The notes beneath the pieces are model-generated. The model ran no database searches. It was not told the origin of the DNA and saw nothing but the letters and a program-made list of their open reading frames with translations. 59,385 nucleotides of DNA from Spirochaetaceae bacterium (GTDB taxonomy: Bacteria; Spirochaetota; Spirochaetia; Treponematales; Breznakiellaceae): positions 1 to 59,385 of the forward strand of contig JAITHJ010000011.1 in assembly GCA_031280035.1 (NCBI GenBank). Direction: 5' to 3'. Positions 55,790-59,385 of the stretch are shown one piece after another (the first letter of the stretch is position 1; the number at the start of each line of letters is the position of its first letter). The position numbers and the translations under genes were made by a program.

Positions 55790-57235
55790 CTATCTGTTTC
55801 CAACGTCTTTGGCGGCGACGGTTTGGGTACAATCTTCTACCGTTACGCTAGGTTCGGCGTATCCTGCTATACCTCCGGTGTTGCTTGCACCGCTTAATAA
55901 AGCGCCGGTTACGTGGACGTTCCTTATTTGGGTTGTTCCGCTGGCGCGTCCCGCCGCGCCTCCTAAATTAGAAGCCGCTCCGCTTGTATAAGAACCGATG
56001 TTGATAGAGACGTCTGAAATAATTCCATTGGTTACGCTGGAGAAGAATCCATAATCGTCCGAACTGGCAGCAAAATTCAACCCTGTTACGGAAAACCCCG
56101 CCCCGCGGAATTCTCCTGTAAAGCCGGTGAATATGCCGGCAGTGGGTATCCATGTAGATGAATAATTGCAGGGTGAAATCATTACAAATGAGTCGTTTTT
56201 TCCGCTCCAGGGGCCGCTTGGAACGAGCAGCGCTGCGAAGACCAGATTTGAAATGGGCAGTCCTGCAAACACCGGCGTAAGCGTTATAACGCTGAACACA
56301 TCAGGAAGCCCATTTTCTACGTCTTCATAGTACAAGCGCGGAAGGAGGTTTTCGTGGGTGAAAATAATCCAGATCCGTACGGGGTCTCCTTTTTTCAGCG
56401 AGGTATTTTCTTTTAGAATCAGGTACCAGTCATCGCCGCCGCAGAATCCTTCAAAGTCGTTTGGGTTTATATGCATACCGCCGCTTGCCTCCAGAATTCT
56501 ATCGATGGGCGTTTCCGGTTTAACGGCCAGGCCGACATACGCGCGGTAGCCGGCGGTGGTATACTGCTGCACGCCGGCTTGGTTTAATTCGACCTTAAAC
56601 ATCGGCGGCAGGCCGGGGATATTGGCAAGAATATCTCTGCTTTGTTCGCCGTAACCCATATTCAGTTCGTCGACGGTGATAAGTGAGCCTAAATTGTTGT
56701 CAGGAAGCTCGATTTCGCCGCCGGTATCGGGAAGTTCGACCAGCGGAAGGGGGTCGCCGGCATCGTCTTTATCGGGCGTGGTGTAATAAAACGCCTTGAG
56801 AATGCCCATTACTACCGGATATTTTGAGATTTCAGGGATTTGGTCTAAGTAAGAAGTTTTCCGCGTGAATTCGATAGTGAAGCGCTGTTCCGTATTCTTG
56901 TATTTTTGGGGGACGGTAATCTTGAAGCGGCTGCCGTCAAAGGGGCCGGCGGATATGCCTATCTTTTCAGCGTTTTCGCCGGAAAGATAGACTCGTACTA
57001 CCTGATATCTCATAGGTATTTCAGGGCTTAACTTTAATTTCACCCAAAAGGAAAAGACAGATTCTTCTTCAGGGTCTAAATCCGCCTTGTTTTCTGAAGA
57101 TCCGGTAATGCCTTCGCAGCCGGATGCCGGCAAAAAAAGAAGCGCGGTAAGCGCCGTTATAAAAACTTTTTTCAAGGCCGTCCTGACGGAACAAATCATA
57201 GTGATGATAGTAGTACGATTTCGAATTATTTTCAA
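55790..57235 (-). CDS. lipoprotein with C-terminal GLUG-motif-like repeats
   Basis: Lipobox LPASGC. The C-terminus has GFFSSV..G.I / GGAAGRASG / GGIAGYAE repeats reminiscent of the GLUG motif. The start could be the internal M at 57199. Confidence 0.55.
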   Translation of the reverse strand: MKIIRNRTTIITMICSVRTALKKVFITALTALLFLPASGCEGITGSSENKADLDPEEESVFSFWVKLKLSPEIPMRYQVVRVYLSGENAEKIGISAGPFDGSRFKITVPQKYKNTEQRFTIEFTRKTSYLDQIPEISKYPVVMGILKAFYYTTPDKDDAGDPLPLVELPDTGGEIELPDNNLGSLITVDELNMGYGEQSRDILANIPGLPPMFKVELNQAGVQQYTTAGYRAYVGLAVKPETPIDRILEASGGMHINPNDFEGFCGGDDWYLILKENTSLKKGDPVRIWIIFTHENLLPRLYYEDVENGLPDVFSVITLTPVFAGLPISNLVFAALLVPSGPWSGKNDSFVMISPCNYSSTWIPTAGIFTGFTGEFRGAGFSVTGLNFAASSDDYGFFSSVTNGIISDVSINIGSYTSGAASNLGGAAGRASGTTQIRNVHVTGALLSGASNTGGIAGYAEPSVTVEDCTQTVAAKDVGNR

Positions 57236-57325
57236 GGGCCGCGTGTTTTTATCCGGTGCGGCCCTCCACCGGCGCAGATTGCGGAAATGGCAATCCTTTG
57301 CGCCTGCGCCCCGCCATTGCAGGGG

Positions 57326-58468
57326 TTAATCACGTTCCTGTGCCGCTCCCATGCCCTCAGCGGCGCTGTCCCCTTCTTTAACAAAGGGGCCTAAGAGCAG
57401 ACCTTTTTTCGCAAGCAAGAACGGAAGCAGAACGCCCGCAACGCCGGTAAGTGTAGAGCTAAACAAGATTGAAGGAATAATTGAAGGAATATGAAGATTG
57501 TAGGGAGAAGCTATTACAAAAGCTGTCTTCACCACAAAAAACATTGTTCCTATAAAAATCCCCTGCATTATTTTGTTGTCCGCAAATTTTGCCTTCAAAG
57601 CGGGGATTTTTGGGATGCCGCAGACAAGATATCCTGTTGCTAAAGCCGTTATGCACCTATTTTTTAGGTTTGTAAAAAGCAGCATGATTATTTCGCTTTT
57701 TCCATAATGATCTATATCTGTAATTATATTCCAAAAGTTGGTAATAATATCCGGCGCTGCGGTCGTCAGAGTCGTCAGACCGGAGATGAGGGCTCCCACA
57801 ATCGGTCCAAAAAACACAGCGCTTAAGCCAACCGGTATGTTGAGTATCGTGAGTAGCAGGGAGGGAATTTTGCCGGACAGACCTCTCGTTGCAATGTCCA
57901 GTACCACAAGAGCGGCGGCGGCAATAAGATGCTTTTTGGTAAACTTCCATTTTGGCAAACAGAGAATCTCCGGCCATTCATCCTGATTGTTTGCAAACGT
58001 GCCTTTAATTATACGGACCACATCAGGAATCCAGCACAGCAAAAACAGCGCAAGGAATGCCAGAGCCGGCAGATATGAGCCGAGCATTGACTGCATAACA
58101 TAATCATAGCCGGTGTCATACCCCGAAAAAGCGCCGGGGTTGGAGTCATAAAAACTCATAGGATCCCTCGCCATGACGAACGCTTTTACGCTGGAAGTTA
58201 TGGGACCTATAATCAAAAAGAGAAGAAACAACACGAGTTCCGTTATGGCGCGTTTTTTCTTTCCGGCGGCAAAACAATGAGCGCCAAAGCATCCCAGAAA
58301 AATACAAAGCAGCAAATGTGTGATGTTGGCATTGGCCGCAATGGGCGCTCCTGTCTGCGCTGACCCTGCCGCTCCTGTGCCTGAACCCTGTGCGGGGTTG
58401 CCGCATTTTCCACAGAATTTTTGCCCTTCTTCCAGGGCGTTTCCGCATGACGGACAAAACTTATTCAT
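57326..58468 (-). CDS. zinc-ribbon + TM2-domain + polytopic membrane protein
   Basis: N-terminal CPSCGN..x..CGKCGN zinc ribbon, a TM2-like segment (LLLCIFLGCFGAHCFAAGKKKRAITELVLFLL), then ~6 more TM helices. Confidence 0.6.
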   Translation of the reverse strand: MNKFCPSCGNALEEGQKFCGKCGNPAQGSGTGAAGSAQTGAPIAANANITHLLLCIFLGCFGAHCFAAGKKKRAITELVLFLLFLIIGPITSSVKAFVMARDPMSFYDSNPGAFSGYDTGYDYVMQSMLGSYLPALAFLALFLLCWIPDVVRIIKGTFANNQDEWPEILCLPKWKFTKKHLIAAAALVVLDIATRGLSGKIPSLLLTILNIPVGLSAVFFGPIVGALISGLTTLTTAAPDIITNFWNIITDIDHYGKSEIIMLLFTNLKNRCITALATGYLVCGIPKIPALKAKFADNKIMQGIFIGTMFFVVKTAFVIASPYNLHIPSIIPSILFSSTLTGVAGVLLPFLLAKKGLLLGPFVKEGDSAAEGMGAAQERD

Positions 58469-58564
58469 AATAATTCCTTCGCGGTCTTTCCCGCCGTCTT
58501 ATATCGAGCCGCCTCCACGAAGCGGCCCCCAAACGCCGGATGTCTCCGGCGGAAATGGCTTTTG

Positions 58565-58620
58565 CAGTTGTCAGTTATCGGTTGTCAGTTGTCAGTAATC
58601 AGTTGCCGGTTGTCAGGTTT
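58565..58620. repeat. heptamer-phased tract, 8 x C[A/G]GTNNN (CAGTTGT CAGTTAT CGGTTGT CAGTTGT CAGTAAT CAGTTGC CGGTTGT CAGGTTT)
   Basis: Read directly. Positions 58572-58589 form a perfect 18-bp inverted repeat with 58691-58708. Confidence 0.85.
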
Positions 58621-58690
58621 TTACTCTGGTATATCAGAGCAGCCCGGCGCGTCCGCCGCACTCCGGTCTATCGCCCAAAGACTGACAACC

Positions 58691-58720
58691 GATAACTGGC
58701 AACCGGTAACTTCCTCACCC
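58691..58720. repeat. inverted copy of the heptamer tract (ACTGACAACCGATAACTGGCAACCGGTAAC)
   Basis: The reverse complement of 58691-58708 equals 58572-58589 exactly. Confidence 0.85.
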
Positions 58721-58880
58721 GCTGATAATCAGGCTCACCACGTTTGACCACGGGCCGCGCGCTCCGGTGGAGTTCTCGTAATCGGCGGCTTTGCCGTAGT
58801 CCGCCTCGGCATAATGGTAGACGCGGCTCGTTCCCGCCTGATAGTCCGAAGGTATATCCTCGGCGCGCGCCGCTCCGGCG

Positions 58881-59069
58881 GGTATACCTTTTGGCTCAGA
58901 CGGCATACCTTTTGACTCATCAGGTATACCTTTTATTTCAGACGGCATACCTTTTATCTCATAAGGCATACCTTTTACCCCAGACGGCATACCTTTTGTC
59001 CCAGAAGGTATACCTTTTACCTCAAAAGGTATACCTTTTGACTCATAATACATGTATTTTGTCCCAGCC
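58881..59069. repeat. 21-bp tandem repeat, 8-9 copies: invariant core GGYATACCTTTT + 9 variable nt
   Basis: Units start at 58881, 58902, 58923, 58944, 58965, 58986, 59007, 59028, with a degenerate unit at 59049. The core contains the 8-bp palindrome GGTATACC. Confidence 0.93.
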
Positions 59070-59082
59070 GGAATGTCTGTGG

Positions 59083-59159
59083 CAGATTTCAGATTTCGGA
59101 TTTCTGATTTCAGATGTGTGTGCTGAGTGGACAGTGAACAGTAGTCAGTGGACAGTTTT
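59083..59159. repeat. heptamer-phased tract (CAGATTT CAGATTT CGGATTT CTGATTT CAGATGT ... GAGTGGA CAGTGAA CAGTAGT CAGTGGA CAGTTTT)
   Basis: Read directly. A further inverted heptamer block lies at 59251-59277 (CCGGCAACTGATAACCGACTACTGAAA). Confidence 0.8.
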
Positions 59160-59385
59160 GCGTCCGGTATACCGGAGTAAACTATGCTGTCTGTGTTAGG
59201 TAAGCTAGTTCGGCGTGAAACCCCTGTAATCTGAAATCCCGCCCAAAACGCCGGCAACTGATAACCGACTACTGAAAACTCCTGCGGGGGAGGGGGGCGG
59301 AGAAAATGCCCTGTTTTGCGCGGTCAATCCCGGTAATTACAAAGCCGGAAAGCAATTTTTTTGCGCCGGGTATGTCTGTGCCGTA

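Noticed and set aside
58715-59257. A 180-aa minus-strand ORF encoding KG[IM]Pxxx heptad repeats.
   Set aside because: It is not reported as a CDS. It is kept open by the 21-bp array, has no signal peptide or SD that I could see, and the repeat core is conserved at the nucleotide level rather than the synonymous level. It is discussed in the findings because a real repeat protein cannot be ruled out.

Overview
This 59.4-kb chromosomal segment carries about 50 protein-coding genes. I found no rRNA or tRNA genes and no CRISPR array. The gene content (BMP/TmpC-type nucleoside ABC operon, TRL-like, SIMPL, PEGA, GLUG and DUF2147 lipoproteins, and an MMPL + LolA-like + barrel triad) suggests a spirochaete, possibly Treponema-like; that is an unverified inference. 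Most of the window is housekeeping: manC, lolCD-like, rlmI, serA, miaB, nagBA, smc, map, galE, hisF, rsmE, ftsY, moaA, dinG-like and cysK.

The stand-out is a markedly AT-rich island of about 3 kb (~22,950-25,950) between a DUF2807 lipoprotein gene and smc. It holds three elements:
- A truncated ISNCY-transposase-like HTH gene.
- A 25-codon ORF that is absent from the ORF track, has an AGGAGG Shine-Dalgarno site, and encodes MEKITDELAPILAPALNLCNLCEAE.
- A radical-SAM/SPASM enzyme with a C-terminal PqqD-like peptide-binding extension.

A perfect palindromic hairpin separates the small ORF from the enzyme gene. I read this as a minimal, horizontally acquired RiPP (thioether-type?) maturation cassette with an unusually short Cys-containing core.

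Other things worth a second look:
- Two unrelated 21-bp tandem arrays at the window edges.
- Heptamer-phased repeat tracts with an 18-bp perfect inverted repeat.
- A G11 homopolymer upstream of manC.
- A ~48-nt dispersed intergenic element.
- A TetR-controlled MMPL/LolA-like/OM-barrel module.
- An orphan mlaE paired with a START-like secreted protein.

All family assignments come from motif recognition by eye; no searches were run.
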